DNA of 63,974 nucleotides, filler included, from an uncultured Myxococcia bacterium (GCA_964617105.1; 7 parts of 7 records of this genome joined end to end with filler, not necessarily neighbours in it); one strand, 5' to 3'. Shown: positions 1-10,409, numbered from the whole stretch's first letter. Translations and numbers: made by a program. Notes: a model not told the origin generated them from the letters alone.

Positions 1-2
1 AA

Positions 3-668
3 AGTCATGACAAAAATTTCAACCATAGTTTTAGAGATCCAGACAAATATTCAGAAGAGGAAACCTGGCCTGAACAGGGGAGTACCTCTACTGCCATACC
101 TGAATCTAATGGCAACAATAGCACCGAACTGGAGATAGAAACTTCTCCAACTATCACCTGTAGTAATCTTGGCAATGCGGTTAATAAAATAACTACTCAG
201 CAATTGGTAAAAGAGTTGCCAAACCTGGACAGCATCAATCTGTTGATGCAGTTAAAAAACGAAATACCTATTAAGAAAAACTGCCAGACACAAAATAAAC
301 AGACCAATATTCTCAAGTATCTTTCCATCAGAGAGATGATCCAGCGACTGGCCGAGGATATCCATTTTAATCCCAAAAGTCGGACCCTGTCTATTGAAAT
401 TAACCCAAAAGGGTTGGGTAAAATTAAACTGGAAGTTTCCCTGGAAGACTCTATCCTGAACCTGACGATCTTTGTCGAAGATACCGAGATTATGGATATA
501 TTAAAAGCGGAGAAGAACTTAATAAAAAGCATGCTCTATAAAAATGGCTTTATACCTCGAGAATTAAACTTTTTTATCTATCCCGAGGATAATACCCCAC
601 CCAAACAGAGCCGCAACAAACAGAACACCACTTTGAAAAAGAATGTAAAAGAGGAGACAACCGTTTAG
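3..668 (+). CDS. fliK: Flagellar hook-length control protein FliK, C-terminal part (5' partial)
   Basis: Frame open from the window start. FliK-C motif 'IEINPKGLGKIKLEV...LIKSMLYKNG'. Directly upstream of flgD. Confidence 0.75.
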   Translation, partial: SHDKNFNHSFRDPDKYSEEETWPEQGSTSTAIPESNGNNSTELEIETSPTITCSNLGNAVNKITTQQLVKELPNLDSINLLMQLKNEIPIKKNCQTQNKQTNILKYLSIREMIQRLAEDIHFNPKSRTLSIEINPKGLGKIKLEVSLEDSILNLTIFVEDTEIMDILKAEKNLIKSMLYKNGFIPRELNFFIYPEDNTPPKQSRNKQNTTLKKNVKEETTV

Positions 669-748
669 TTATTTTCTAGTTCCCGTCCGATAATTCACTT
701 CTTCGCAGATGGGGATTTTTACGGGAACTACTATTAAAGGGGAGAGAT

Positions 749-1420
749 ATGGAAATAGGTAATAACAGCAACGTGACCGGCAGCCAATCAACCTCATTGA
801 CCAAATCGATGAACAATCAAGATCTGGGCAAAGAGGAATTTCTAAAACTACTAGTGTCCCAATTGAGCCACCAGGACCCGCTCAATCCACAGGACGGCAC
901 CCAGTTTGTAGCCCAATTGGCCCAATTTACCAGTTTGGAGCAGTTGATGAATGTCAGCAAAGGGATGGAAAGCATGGCTATGGCCCAAACTGCCAGTGTC
1001 AACTCCCAGGTGGTGAACTTCATCGGCAAAGAGGTGATCACCAATGACAACAGTCTTCAACTGGGCGAGGAAGGCAAGGTGGGCATCAACTTCAAGACCG
1101 GAGAAACCGCCAAATCTATACAGGTGCAGATCCGTGATGCCAACGGCAAAGTTGTGAGAAACATTGATATGGGAGCTACCGGTGCGGGTGAGCAAAATAT
1201 AATATGGGACGGCAGAGATGATGACGGTAAAACCCTTCCGCCGGGAGAATATAACTACAATGTTAATGCTCAAAATACCGCTGGACAGGAGATGGGGGTC
1301 ACCAACCAGGCCCGCCGCCGTATTACCGGTGTAGTCTTTGAAAACGGTTCTCCCTACCTGATGGCCGGCAATAGCAAAATCGCCCTCAGCGATGTAACCA
1401 GTGTGTTCGAGGGTAAATGA
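749..1420 (+). CDS. flgD: Flagellar hook capping protein FlgD
   Basis: 'FLKLLVSQLSHQDPLNPQDGTQFVAQLAQF' motif plus FlgD Ig domain 'WDGRDDDG...PGEY'. GGAG RBS. Confidence 0.95.
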   Translation: MEIGNNSNVTGSQSTSLTKSMNNQDLGKEEFLKLLVSQLSHQDPLNPQDGTQFVAQLAQFTSLEQLMNVSKGMESMAMAQTASVNSQVVNFIGKEVITNDNSLQLGEEGKVGINFKTGETAKSIQVQIRDANGKVVRNIDMGATGAGEQNIIWDGRDDDGKTLPPGEYNYNVNAQNTAGQEMGVTNQARRRITGVVFENGSPYLMAGNSKIALSDVTSVFEGK

Positions 1421-1506
1421 ACCTAGCGTCCCGGTCATTATTATTTGACTTCACCGCTTTTATCTGGTATTGCCTTCTTGACACCCTATTTCAATAAAAA
1501 ACCTAA

Positions 1507-1543
1507 AACCTAAAATCAGCGAGTGACTCGCTGATTTTAGGTT
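1507..1543. repeat. Perfect 37-bp palindrome (18-bp arms, 1-nt centre) upstream of ileS
   Basis: aacctaaaatcagcgagt-g-actcgctgattttaggtt. Confidence 0.9.
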
Positions 1544-1565
1544 ATTAAAATTTGCGAGGTGTTTG

Positions 1566-4397
1566 GTGGAAATTAAAAAGACCCTCAACTTACCTAAAAC
1601 AAAATTCCCAATGAAGGCTAACCTGGTTCAGCGCGAGCCTCAACAACTCAAGCAGTGGGAACAGATGAATCTCTATGACAAAATTGTGGAGCAACATCGA
1701 GACCAGCCCAAATTTGTGCTGCACGATGGCCCCCCTTATGCCAACGGTCACATCCATTACGGCCATATCCTTAATAAGGTGCTGAAAGACTTTATTATCA
1801 AGCAAAAAACCATGTCTGGCTTCCGGTGTGAATATATACCGGGCTGGGATTGCCATGGCTTGCCTATAGAGATTAAAGTCGATCAGCAATTAGGTGGAAA
1901 AAAAAAGGAAATTCCGATCGCTAAGTTCCGTCAAAAATGCCGGCAATACGCCCAAAAATTTATCAATATCCAGCGAAAAGAATTCATCCGTTTTGGCGGA
2001 TTCGGTCAATGGGATAAACCCTATATGACCATGACCAACGATTACGAAGCCCTGATCGTTCGTGAGTTTGGAAATTTTGTTAAAAACGGTCATATCTATA
2101 AGGGAAAAAAGCCAGTACTCTGGTGCATCTCCTGCCAGACCGCCCTGGCCGAGGCTGAAGTGGAATATGCTGATCATAACTCCCCTTCCATCTATGTAAA
2201 ATTTCCCTTACGGGCCGATAACCAGTTAAAACAAACCTATCCTATGCTGGATAAAATACCCGCCAATTTGGTGATCTGGACCACCACTCCCTGGACCTTG
2301 CCGGCCAACCAGGCCTGCGCTTTAAACCCTGCGGGTCGCTACCTGGCAGTAGAAGCGATTTTTCAGGGAAAACCAGAAATATTCATTCTAATGGAGGAGT
2401 TGGCCCAACCAGCACTGGAGGCTATGCAGGTTCAGAATGCTAAAAAGATGGGTCAAATTGATCCAAATCTTCTGGAGGGTCAAAAATATTGCCATCCTTT
2501 TATGGATAGAGAGGGTGAGGTAATCCTGGCCGATTTCGTTACCCATGAAACCGGTACCGGCTGCGTACATATTGCCCCTGGACACGGACAGGATGACTAT
2601 GAGGTTGCTCACAAATATGGACTGGACGTGGTTAATCCGGTGGATGACCGGGGTGTATTTACCGACCAGGCAGGCAAATATGAAAATCTAAACGTATTTA
2701 AAGCCAACCAATCTATCGTGGAAGACCTTCATAGCAGCGGATATTTGCTTAACTTGCCCGGTGAATCCATGTCCCACTCCTATCCCCATTGCTGGCGCTG
2801 CCAGAACCCGGTTATTTTTCGGGCGACTGAGCAATGGTTCGCCTCTATTGACAAAAATCAAGTGCGCCAAAAAGCCCTGCAGGCCATTAACGATGTTGAA
2901 TGGGTCCCATCATGGGGAAAGGAAAGAATCTACGGTATGGTAGAGAACCGGCCCGACTGGTGTCTCTCCCGCCAACGTTCCTGGGGAGTGCCAATTGTGG
3001 CCTTCTATTGCCGTGAATGCGGCGAAATGATACTGGACCAAAATATTATCGAACATGTTTCCTCAATCTTCAGCCAAAAGAGTTCTGACGCCTGGTATTT
3101 TCTGCCAGAAAAGGATTTGCTGCCTCCAGGATTTTCCTGCCCCCAATGCCAATCAAAAGAATTCAAGCGGGAGGAGGCGATTTTGGATGTGTGGTTTGAC
3201 TCTGGAGTTTCCTGGTCTGCAGTTTGCGAAAACAACCCCCGTCTGGGAGTGCCGGTGGATCTATACCTGGAGGGAAGCGACCAGCACCGCGGCTGGTTCA
3301 ACAGCGCCCTGATCACCTCAATGGCTACCAGGGGGAAACCACCCTATAAGGCAGTTCTCACTCACGGTTTTGTGGTTGATGGCCAGGGTAAAAAAATATC
3401 CAAATCCAAAGGCAATTTTATCCCCCCCGAAAATATCCTAAAGCAGAGCGGCGCGGAGATCTTCCGTATATGGTCTGCCGCCGAAAACTATACAGAAGAT
3501 ATCAGGATTTCGGACCAGATCCTTAAAGGTCTACAAGAGGCCTACCGCAGTATAAGAAACCGTTTCCGCTTTATTTTAAGCAACTTGTTCGATTTTGAAC
3601 CCGACACTCAATTGCTACCCTACCAGCAATTACTGTCAGCGGATAAATGGATGTTGGCCTGGCTGGAAGAGTTCAAGCAAAAAGTTCTGACTGCCTATAA
3701 TAACTACAAATTCTACTCGGTCTACCACGGATCTATAGACTTTTTTACCGTAGATTTGAGCAACTTTTACCTGGATATTATCAAAGATAGACTCTATACC
3801 AGTCACAAAAACGCCCCGGAACGCCGCTCCGCCCAGACAGTACTCTATATACTGGGAGATGAACTGTGCCGGCTGTTGGCGCCTATCCTGGTTTTTACTA
3901 TGGAGGAAATCTGGCAACACCTACCCGCTTATAGCGGCAAAGAAGAATCAGTACACCTTTCCCGCCTACCGGAAATAAAGACCGAACGGATTGATCAGAA
4001 GGAGTTGGACAGGTGGGAAAAAATCCGCAAAATCAGGACAGTAGTAAACAAACAATTGGAGGCAGCCCGTCAGGAGAATAAAATTGGGCTTCCCCTGGAT
4101 GCCAAAGTAAACCTCTATCACCAAGAAGAGCAAGAGTTCTTAACTGCGAACCAAATAAATCTGAAACAAGCCCTGATAGTTTCCCAACTGAATCTCCTTT
4201 CTCAGCCAACTGACCATATGATTCTAGATGAGAATTACGCTGGACTCCATATTGGTATTGAGGCTTTGGAAATGCCAAAATGCCAGCGTTGCTGGCAAAG
4301 ATCAGAGTCCACTGGTCAAGATAAAAACTATCCAGAACTGTGCCACCGGTGCGTGGAAGTGGTAACTACTCTGGAACAAGAGAGCACTGAAGATTAA
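1566..4397 (+). CDS. ileS: Isoleucyl-tRNA synthetase (type 1)
   Basis: 'LHDGPPYANGHIHYGH' (HIGH), 'GWDCHGLP', 'KISKS' (KMSKS) and a C-terminal zinc finger. GTG start after GAGGT. Confidence 0.98.
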   Translation: MEIKKTLNLPKTKFPMKANLVQREPQQLKQWEQMNLYDKIVEQHRDQPKFVLHDGPPYANGHIHYGHILNKVLKDFIIKQKTMSGFRCEYIPGWDCHGLPIEIKVDQQLGGKKKEIPIAKFRQKCRQYAQKFINIQRKEFIRFGGFGQWDKPYMTMTNDYEALIVREFGNFVKNGHIYKGKKPVLWCISCQTALAEAEVEYADHNSPSIYVKFPLRADNQLKQTYPMLDKIPANLVIWTTTPWTLPANQACALNPAGRYLAVEAIFQGKPEIFILMEELAQPALEAMQVQNAKKMGQIDPNLLEGQKYCHPFMDREGEVILADFVTHETGTGCVHIAPGHGQDDYEVAHKYGLDVVNPVDDRGVFTDQAGKYENLNVFKANQSIVEDLHSSGYLLNLPGESMSHSYPHCWRCQNPVIFRATEQWFASIDKNQVRQKALQAINDVEWVPSWGKERIYGMVENRPDWCLSRQRSWGVPIVAFYCRECGEMILDQNIIEHVSSIFSQKSSDAWYFLPEKDLLPPGFSCPQCQSKEFKREEAILDVWFDSGVSWSAVCENNPRLGVPVDLYLEGSDQHRGWFNSALITSMATRGKPPYKAVLTHGFVVDGQGKKISKSKGNFIPPENILKQSGAEIFRIWSAAENYTEDIRISDQILKGLQEAYRSIRNRFRFILSNLFDFEPDTQLLPYQQLLSADKWMLAWLEEFKQKVLTAYNNYKFYSVYHGSIDFFTVDLSNFYLDIIKDRLYTSHKNAPERRSAQTVLYILGDELCRLLAPILVFTMEEIWQHLPAYSGKEESVHLSRLPEIKTERIDQKELDRWEKIRKIRTVVNKQLEAARQENKIGLPLDAKVNLYHQEEQEFLTANQINLKQALIVSQLNLLSQPTDHMILDENYAGLHIGIEALEMPKCQRCWQRSESTGQDKNYPELCHRCVEVVTTLEQESTED

Positions 4398-4414
4398 ATT
4401 AGAAAGTAATTATA

Positions 4415-4918
4415 ATGAAAACCTTCCAAAAAAAATACTACTTTTTAGCGATTATTGCCACTGTTTCGGTGATACTTGACCAAATTACAAAATATTTGGC
4501 CATTGCCTATTTAAAATTTCAGCCAGCCTACGAAGTGGTCGCCGGTTTCTTTCACTTAAAATATGTGGAAAATCCTGGTGCTGCCTGGGGATTTCTGGCT
4601 AATTCCGACTCCAATTTAAGAACCCCTTTTTTTATTATAGTTAGTATTTTAGCTATCGGTTTTATTATTTTCTTTTTTTCCAAACTCCAGGACCAGCAAT
4701 ATCTTCTGGCCATCTCCCTCTCTTCGGTTATGGGAGGCGCCCTGGGTAATTTTATCGACCGTCTGCGCTTTAATTATGTGGTGGACTTTATCGACTGGCA
4801 CTGGAAAGAGTTATATCATTGGCCCACTTTCAACATCGCCGATGCAGCCATAACTATTGGGGTAATTTTGATGTTCTTGGATATGTTTTGGGGACCCAAA
4901 GAACTTGTAAAGGAGTAA
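4415..4918 (+). CDS. lspA: Lipoprotein signal peptidase II
   Basis: 'DQITK', 'NPGAAWG', 'GNFIDR', 'VVDFI', 'FNIAD'. Canonical ileS-lspA order. Confidence 0.97.
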   Translation: MKTFQKKYYFLAIIATVSVILDQITKYLAIAYLKFQPAYEVVAGFFHLKYVENPGAAWGFLANSDSNLRTPFFIIVSILAIGFIIFFFSKLQDQQYLLAISLSSVMGGALGNFIDRLRFNYVVDFIDWHWKELYHWPTFNIADAAITIGVILMFLDMFWGPKELVKE

Positions 4919-4943
4919 ACTTAGGGCTCGTCCGAGAAGTCAC

Positions 4944-5549
4944 CTAATACCTCTCTAGTAAAAATATCAAACCAAACCAGAAATTAACCTGAATATTTTG
5001 GTTATTGAGCCACTTCAACCAGTTAATTTCCACCTCAGAATAAATCGCCATATCCTGGCTTAAAAAGGCCTGGATACCACTACCTGCCCCCATGAGCAAT
5101 TGAAAAGCCTCAGATTGAGCATAATAGAGTCCCATATCGGTCTTTAGATATGGGGCTAGATATTTTTCCGGCAGAATAAACCATTTTAGCCAGGCATTTG
5201 ACCTGAGATGCAGTTTGTCTCCCAGGTATTGGCCGCCTACCACCTCTATACCAGGCATAAGATCGGAAGTAATCAAACCGCCGAAGGAAAACCGTAAATT
5301 GAATTGCTGTTTATCCTGGTTAATATTTGCATAAAAATTACCTCCCAACTCCCAAAAGGTCCAGCCCGGTTCAAACGCTACCGCTCTCTCCCCTTCCTTA
5401 TCACTGGGTTCTTCCGCTCTGGCATCCAGAGTTGATGCAAAAATTATCCCCAACTGAAGAGTTAATAAGAGTAATAGAACGGAGACACTTTTTGTCAACC
5501 CGGGATTGAAATCCCGGGAATTCTTTTCTTTCTTAAATATTTTTTTCAT
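4944..5549 (-). CDS. Exported protein, probable small outer-membrane beta-barrel
   Basis: Signal peptide (…ARA|EE) and alternating aromatic/Gly beta-strand pattern. Confidence 0.55.
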   Translation of the reverse strand: MKKIFKKEKNSRDFNPGLTKSVSVLLLLLTLQLGIIFASTLDARAEEPSDKEGERAVAFEPGWTFWELGGNFYANINQDKQQFNLRFSFGGLITSDLMPGIEVVGGQYLGDKLHLRSNAWLKWFILPEKYLAPYLKTDMGLYYAQSEAFQLLMGAGSGIQAFLSQDMAIYSEVEINWLKWLNNQNIQVNFWFGLIFLLERY

Positions 5550-5567
5550 AGAGCATTTAATTAATAT

Positions 5568-6584
5568 TTATGCCTTATTGCTACTTCCCAATACGTTTCT
5601 GATTTTCTCCTCGTATAACCGGGTCAACTCTTCCCGGGCGGGGCCAAGATATTTGCGTGGATCAAAAGCCTCTGGTTTTTTATTAAAGGTCTCCCGGATG
5701 GCTGCAGTCATGGCTAACCTTCCATCGGAATCGATATTGATCTTGCAAACCGCAGATGTAGCCGCCTTGCGTAACTGCGGCTCAGGAATACCTACAGCAT
5801 CCTTGAGCTCACCGCCGTACTGATTGATCAGATCAACATATTTCTTGGGCACTGATGAAGAACCGTGCAATACAATGGGAAAACCGGGCAATCTCTTTTC
5901 GATCTCCTCCAAAATATCGAAACGCAACTCCGGCGGATAAAGGACTCCATCATCTCCCAGGGTACACATGGAGGGCTTGAACTTGTTAGCGCCGTGGCTG
6001 GTGCCTATGGAGATGGCCAAAGAATCCACTCCGGTCCTGGTAACAAAGTCCTCCACCTCTTCTGGTTTGGTATAAGTCGATTTTTCCGCCACTACTTCAT
6101 CCTCAATACCCGCCAACACGCCCAACTCACCTTCCACCGTAACGTAACCCTCAACTGAATGGCAGTAATCCACCACCTTTTTGGTCAAGGTCACATTATC
6201 TTCATAAGAGTGGTGGGAACCATCGATCATAATAGATGAAAAACCACTCTCAACACAGGAAACTGAGACTTCGTAAGTGTCACCATGATCCAAGTGAAGG
6301 GCGATGGGAACCTCGCTAACTCCCTTTTCTGAAGCCATCTCCCGCATCATCTCCACTGCTCCCTGGGCCAGGTAGCGCAGTAGAGTCTGGTTGGCATAGT
6401 TGCGGGCGCCTTTGGAAACCTGCAGAATAACCGGTGACTGGGTATTGACACAGGCGGTAATAATTGCCTGCAATTGTTCCATATTATTAAAATTGTAGGC
6501 TGGTATAGCATAACCGCCGTCCATCGCTTTTTTAAAAAGTTCCCTGGTGTTAACTAAACCCAATTTCTGATAAGAAGTTGCCAT
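5568..6584 (-). CDS. fba: Class II fructose-bisphosphate aldolase
   Basis: 'PAYNFNN', 'LHLDHG', 'VEGELG', 'GTSHG', 'VLHGSS', 'KINIDSD'. Start MATSY with AAGGA RBS. Confidence 0.96.
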   Translation of the reverse strand: MATSYQKLGLVNTRELFKKAMDGGYAIPAYNFNNMEQLQAIITACVNTQSPVILQVSKGARNYANQTLLRYLAQGAVEMMREMASEKGVSEVPIALHLDHGDTYEVSVSCVESGFSSIMIDGSHHSYEDNVTLTKKVVDYCHSVEGYVTVEGELGVLAGIEDEVVAEKSTYTKPEEVEDFVTRTGVDSLAISIGTSHGANKFKPSMCTLGDDGVLYPPELRFDILEEIEKRLPGFPIVLHGSSSVPKKYVDLINQYGGELKDAVGIPEPQLRKAATSAVCKINIDSDGRLAMTAAIRETFNKKPEAFDPRKYLGPAREELTRLYEEKIRNVLGSSNKA

Positions 6585-6760
6585 TTTGTTATCCTTTTCT
6601 ATTATAATGTTAATTGTCCACAAAGAGTTAAAAAACTTCAATGCGTTTTCAAACTGCACTATTATCTACAAGAGTTATTATTAGTGTTTTTCATGACGAT
6701 TTCAAGTAAAAACAAATTTTATTTTGAAATCCTACAGGACAGGAGTATAATCAACCCAAC

Positions 6761-7939
6761 ATGAAGGTAGATTTTAACAAATGGCTTATAGAACTGCGCC
6801 GAGATTTCCACACCTATCCGGAATTAGGATTCGAGGAGTTTAGAACCTCAGAAAAAATAGCGTTTATTTTGGAAGAGTTGAAACTCCAGGTTGAGCGTAA
6901 TGTGGGAAGAACTGGAGTGGTGGGACTATTTGGGAAAAAATCTTCCGGAAAAAAACAGTGGACCATTGCCCTGCGCGGCGATATGGATGCACTCCCAATA
7001 CAACAAACCAATAATGTGCCCTATAAATCGAGAAACGATGGAGTGATGCACGCCTGCGGCCACGATGCTCATATGACCATAATGCTGGGGGTTGCCCGTT
7101 GGCTTAGTGAAAATGTGAATCAAGCCGATCTGTCCGGCCAGGTTAAATTTATCTTTCAACCGGCGGAAGAGTGTTGCGGCGGAGCCTGTTGCATGATCGA
7201 TGACGGGGTTTTAAACAACCCCACTCCCGATGTGATTTACGCTGCCCATGTCAATCCTGAACTGGAGGCTGGACGAGTTGGAATTTACACCGGACCTTGC
7301 GCGGCTGGTAGTGACTACTTTCAAATCATACTTAGAGGTGAGGGTGGTCATGGAGCCCGTCCCCATTTCACCCAGGATATTATTGTGGCCGCCAGCCAAC
7401 TGGTGTTGTCAATCCAGACCATTATCAGCCGTAGTATACCGGCTCACGATCCTGTAGTTATCTCCATTTGTAAATTTATCGCCGGTAACAAAGAAAATAT
7501 TATTCCAGAAGAGGTTGTACTTGAAGGCACCATACGTTCCTACAATATTGAGTCAAGAAACCTGGCGGTGAAGCGGCTAAAAGAATTAACCGAAAGTCTT
7601 GAAACAGCTTATCAAATCAAAACCAAGTTTATTTTTGAAGAGAGTTGTCCGCCTTGTATCTGCCATCCCGCCGCTATGAACCTTATGAAATCCGCCTGCC
7701 TGGATGTGCTAAACAAAAAAAACGTCCTTAACCTGGAACCCTCCATGGGTTCGGAAGATTTTTCCCGTTTTTTAAATAAAATACCCGGAGGGATAATCAG
7801 GTTGGGTAGCGGAAACACCCCGAATGGAATTCCAGTTATTTTGCACAACGGTTACTTCGATATAGACGAGCGGTGCCTGCAAGTGGGGGTAAAAGTATTC
7901 AGCCAATTAGTGCTCAAATTCTTCGACCGGCAGGAGTAA
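6761..7939 (+). CDS. M20 family amidohydrolase
   Basis: 'RRDFHTYPELGFEE', 'RGDMDALP', 'MHACGHD', 'FQPAEE', 'SEDF'. Confidence 0.93.
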   Translation: MKVDFNKWLIELRRDFHTYPELGFEEFRTSEKIAFILEELKLQVERNVGRTGVVGLFGKKSSGKKQWTIALRGDMDALPIQQTNNVPYKSRNDGVMHACGHDAHMTIMLGVARWLSENVNQADLSGQVKFIFQPAEECCGGACCMIDDGVLNNPTPDVIYAAHVNPELEAGRVGIYTGPCAAGSDYFQIILRGEGGHGARPHFTQDIIVAASQLVLSIQTIISRSIPAHDPVVISICKFIAGNKENIIPEEVVLEGTIRSYNIESRNLAVKRLKELTESLETAYQIKTKFIFEESCPPCICHPAAMNLMKSACLDVLNKKNVLNLEPSMGSEDFSRFLNKIPGGIIRLGSGNTPNGIPVILHNGYFDIDERCLQVGVKVFSQLVLKFFDRQE

Positions 7940-7945
7940 CATGAG

Positions 7946-8800
7946 ATGAAGATCCGCTTTTGCTGCCTGGCGCTTTTTTTCATGTTGATCCACATCCTGA
8001 TTACAACCATTGCTATGGCTGGCAGGGTTAAAAACCCAAAAACAACTCCTGAGAAAAATTCGAATTGCTCCATCTCTTTTCCTCTACAAGAGAAAAGCCC
8101 CCTGTGCCCTGGAGAATCACTCTCTTACGAAATCCTGGTGTCGGGTATCTACGCTGGACGAGTCTATCTAAAAATGGGGACAACAATAAACGCCAAAGGA
8201 GAGATCCAATTGAAAGGGCTGGTTAAAACCAATCCCCTGCTGGATAAATTCAAGCATTTTATAGCCCGGGTAGAGTCTATTTACCATTTATCCAGACAAA
8301 ACCCCTTACGCTATAATACCAAAACCAAGTTCAACAATAAAAAACGGTGGGAAAAAGGAGTTTATTTACACAACCAGGGTCGCTTGCAAGTGGACTGTAA
8401 CCGCAACGCCCGCAAAACCCGTTACACTTTTTTGGTACCCAGGGATATCCAGGATATGATCTCTCTCTTCTACTATTATCGCGATTTCCAGGTGCCGGCA
8501 AAGGGTTCCTTTTGCCAAAAAGTTTATGCTGGCTACTACCTCTGGCAGGTCACCGGAGAAATTGTCAAACGGGAAGGGGTTTCCACTCCAGCGGGCTACT
8601 TTTCTTCAGTGCTGATTGAAGGTCATTCTAAACGCTTAAACGGCCCAAAGCCCTGGGGAAAAAATTTCCAACTATGGATAAGTGACGATAACCACCATCT
8701 TCCCATTAAACTAAAATCCTATTTAAAAAAGTTTGGTTCTATAGTATTAATGCTTTCTCGGGTACAGTCACCCTGTATTAGGGACAAATCGGAAGGTTAA
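7946..8800 (+). CDS. Exported DUF3108-like protein
   Basis: Signal peptide, 'GESLSY', 'QDMISLFYYYR', 'TPAGYF', 'LWISDD..HLPIK'. Confidence 0.7.
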   Translation: MKIRFCCLALFFMLIHILITTIAMAGRVKNPKTTPEKNSNCSISFPLQEKSPLCPGESLSYEILVSGIYAGRVYLKMGTTINAKGEIQLKGLVKTNPLLDKFKHFIARVESIYHLSRQNPLRYNTKTKFNNKKRWEKGVYLHNQGRLQVDCNRNARKTRYTFLVPRDIQDMISLFYYYRDFQVPAKGSFCQKVYAGYYLWQVTGEIVKREGVSTPAGYFSSVLIEGHSKRLNGPKPWGKNFQLWISDDNHHLPIKLKSYLKKFGSIVLMLSRVQSPCIRDKSEG

Positions 8801-8814
8801 CGAGGTCAGTAAAT

Positions 8815-9331
8815 ATGTTCGATAAACTTAAAGATCATTGCGGAGTTTTTGGGGTCTTCAACCATCGGGAAGCGGCTAAAATCACCTACCTGGGACTTCA
8901 TGCTCTACAACATAGAGGTCAAGAATCCAGTGGTATTGTTTCTATGGATCGGGATTTGATGCACTCACATAGGGCGATGGGACATGTGGCGGATACTTTT
9001 TCATCCCAGGTTTTGGACAACCTGCCCGGCTCTGCGGCAATCGGTCATGTCCGCTATTCCACCAGCGGCTATAGTCTGCTGAAAAACGCCCAACCCTTTG
9101 TGGTCAATTATATCAAAGGGCCCCTGGCTATCGCCCATAACGGTACTATATGCAACGCCGACCAAATCCGAGAAAACCTGGAACGCAAGGGCTCCATTTT
9201 TCAATCCAGCATGGATACTGAAGCCATAGTACACCTCATCGCTTCCTCCAGCAAGATTGATCTTGCCGATCGGATTACCGATGCTTTGCTTCATTTGCAG
9301 GGTGCCTATTCTCTGCTAATCTTAACTGAAG
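8815..9331 (+). CDS. purF: Amidophosphoribosyltransferase (3' truncated by contig end)
   Basis: 'CGVFG', 'LQHRGQESSG', 'GHVRYST', 'AHNG'. Confidence 0.95.
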
Positions 9332-9431
9332 NNNNNNNNNNNNNNNNNNNNNNNNNNNNNNNNNNNNNNNNNNNNTTAATTAATTAANNNNNNNNNNNNN
9401 NNNNNNNNNNNNNNNNNNNNNNNNNNNNNNN
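9332..9431. other. Artificial contig spacer
   Basis: 100-nt N run with TTAATTAATTAA (stops in all six frames). Genes on both sides are truncated. Confidence 0.97.
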
Positions 9432-9432
9432 T

Positions 9433-9777
9433 TGGCACTGGACAGGTATGCATTTTAGTCAGGTGTGGGTGAGGGCGGGAGATTTGGTCAAAAAAGGGGA
9501 TGAAATCGCAAAAATCGGGGATACTGGCGCAGCTAACGGGTGTCATAGTCATGAAAAATGGCTATACAAAGGGATTGTGGTTGATCCTGGAATGGTGCAA
9601 CCAGATGCCCCGTTGGAATTGATTGCTTTAAACCGTGCATGGAGCGGTAGAGACTTGGCCGTAATTTCGATGCTTAGCCGCTGCGGAAGTGGAGCCAAGC
9701 AATTGATAGTGCTGTCGCGTCTATGGTCTGATTGTAATATCCATTTAACATGTAATAAGGGGATGAGATGGAAGTAA
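9433..9777 (+). CDS. M23 family metallopeptidase, C-terminal part (5' partial)
   Basis: 'MHFSQVWVRAGDLVKKGDEIAKIGDTGAANGCHSH' matches the M23 H…V..G..V.KG..I..G.TG…HxH pattern. Confidence 0.75.
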   Translation, partial: WHWTGMHFSQVWVRAGDLVKKGDEIAKIGDTGAANGCHSHEKWLYKGIVVDPGMVQPDAPLELIALNRAWSGRDLAVISMLSRCGSGAKQLIVLSRLWSDCNIHLTCNKGMRWK

Positions 9778-10409
9778 TTGTAGAAATAATCAAAGACCTA
9801 GGGCAATTCGCTATTCCTCTAGTTGTTTGGCTAGCAATAGCTATCCTGGTTTTTTTTCTGATAACCAGTGCATGGCTGGTTAGATTGGCTGGTGAACACA
9901 CTTCTGGAGTCTTAGAGGAAATTTTCACCGGCACATATTACGATTTTTATGATTTATGGGAGAAAAGATGGCTGCGCTCCCTGACCATGATTCAGGCAGG
10001 GATTTCAACTTTAATCGGACTTTTGGGGACAGTATTTGGTTTACGGGGTTCTTTGGATAATGTTTCCGATTCAGCCAGTTTTGGTTCATCGTTGAAAATC
10101 GCTTTGACTACTACTGAGGTTGCAATTCCATGTGCAATTTTAAGCATTATCACTCTTACTGTTGCTCCAGGAATTTTTAGAAAAGCCATGAAAGAAGATA
10201 GAGAAAAAGAACGGCTGCGAAACCTGGACGATAAAATGCAATTGATAGAATACGAAGCAGAACGGATTGCCTACTATATAGGTAAAGAGTTGGCAACCAA
10301 CGAGGCGACCATGTTGCCTCCAGCCTTACCCAAAAAACAGACCCGCAAAAAAAAGAGAATAAAAGATATTAATACGTATGATTTGCCTCGAATCGTCAAG
10401 GAGAGATGA
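9768..10409 (+). CDS. Divergent MotA/TolQ/ExbB proton-channel family protein
   Basis: Three TM segments, with 'LIGLLGTVFGL' and 'ALTTT' channel motifs. Charged C-terminal tail of about 75 aa. Confidence 0.75.
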   Translation: MEVIVEIIKDLGQFAIPLVVWLAIAILVFFLITSAWLVRLAGEHTSGVLEEIFTGTYYDFYDLWEKRWLRSLTMIQAGISTLIGLLGTVFGLRGSLDNVSDSASFGSSLKIALTTTEVAIPCAILSIITLTVAPGIFRKAMKEDREKERLRNLDDKMQLIEYEAERIAYYIGKELATNEATMLPPALPKKQTRKKKRIKDINTYDLPRIVKER

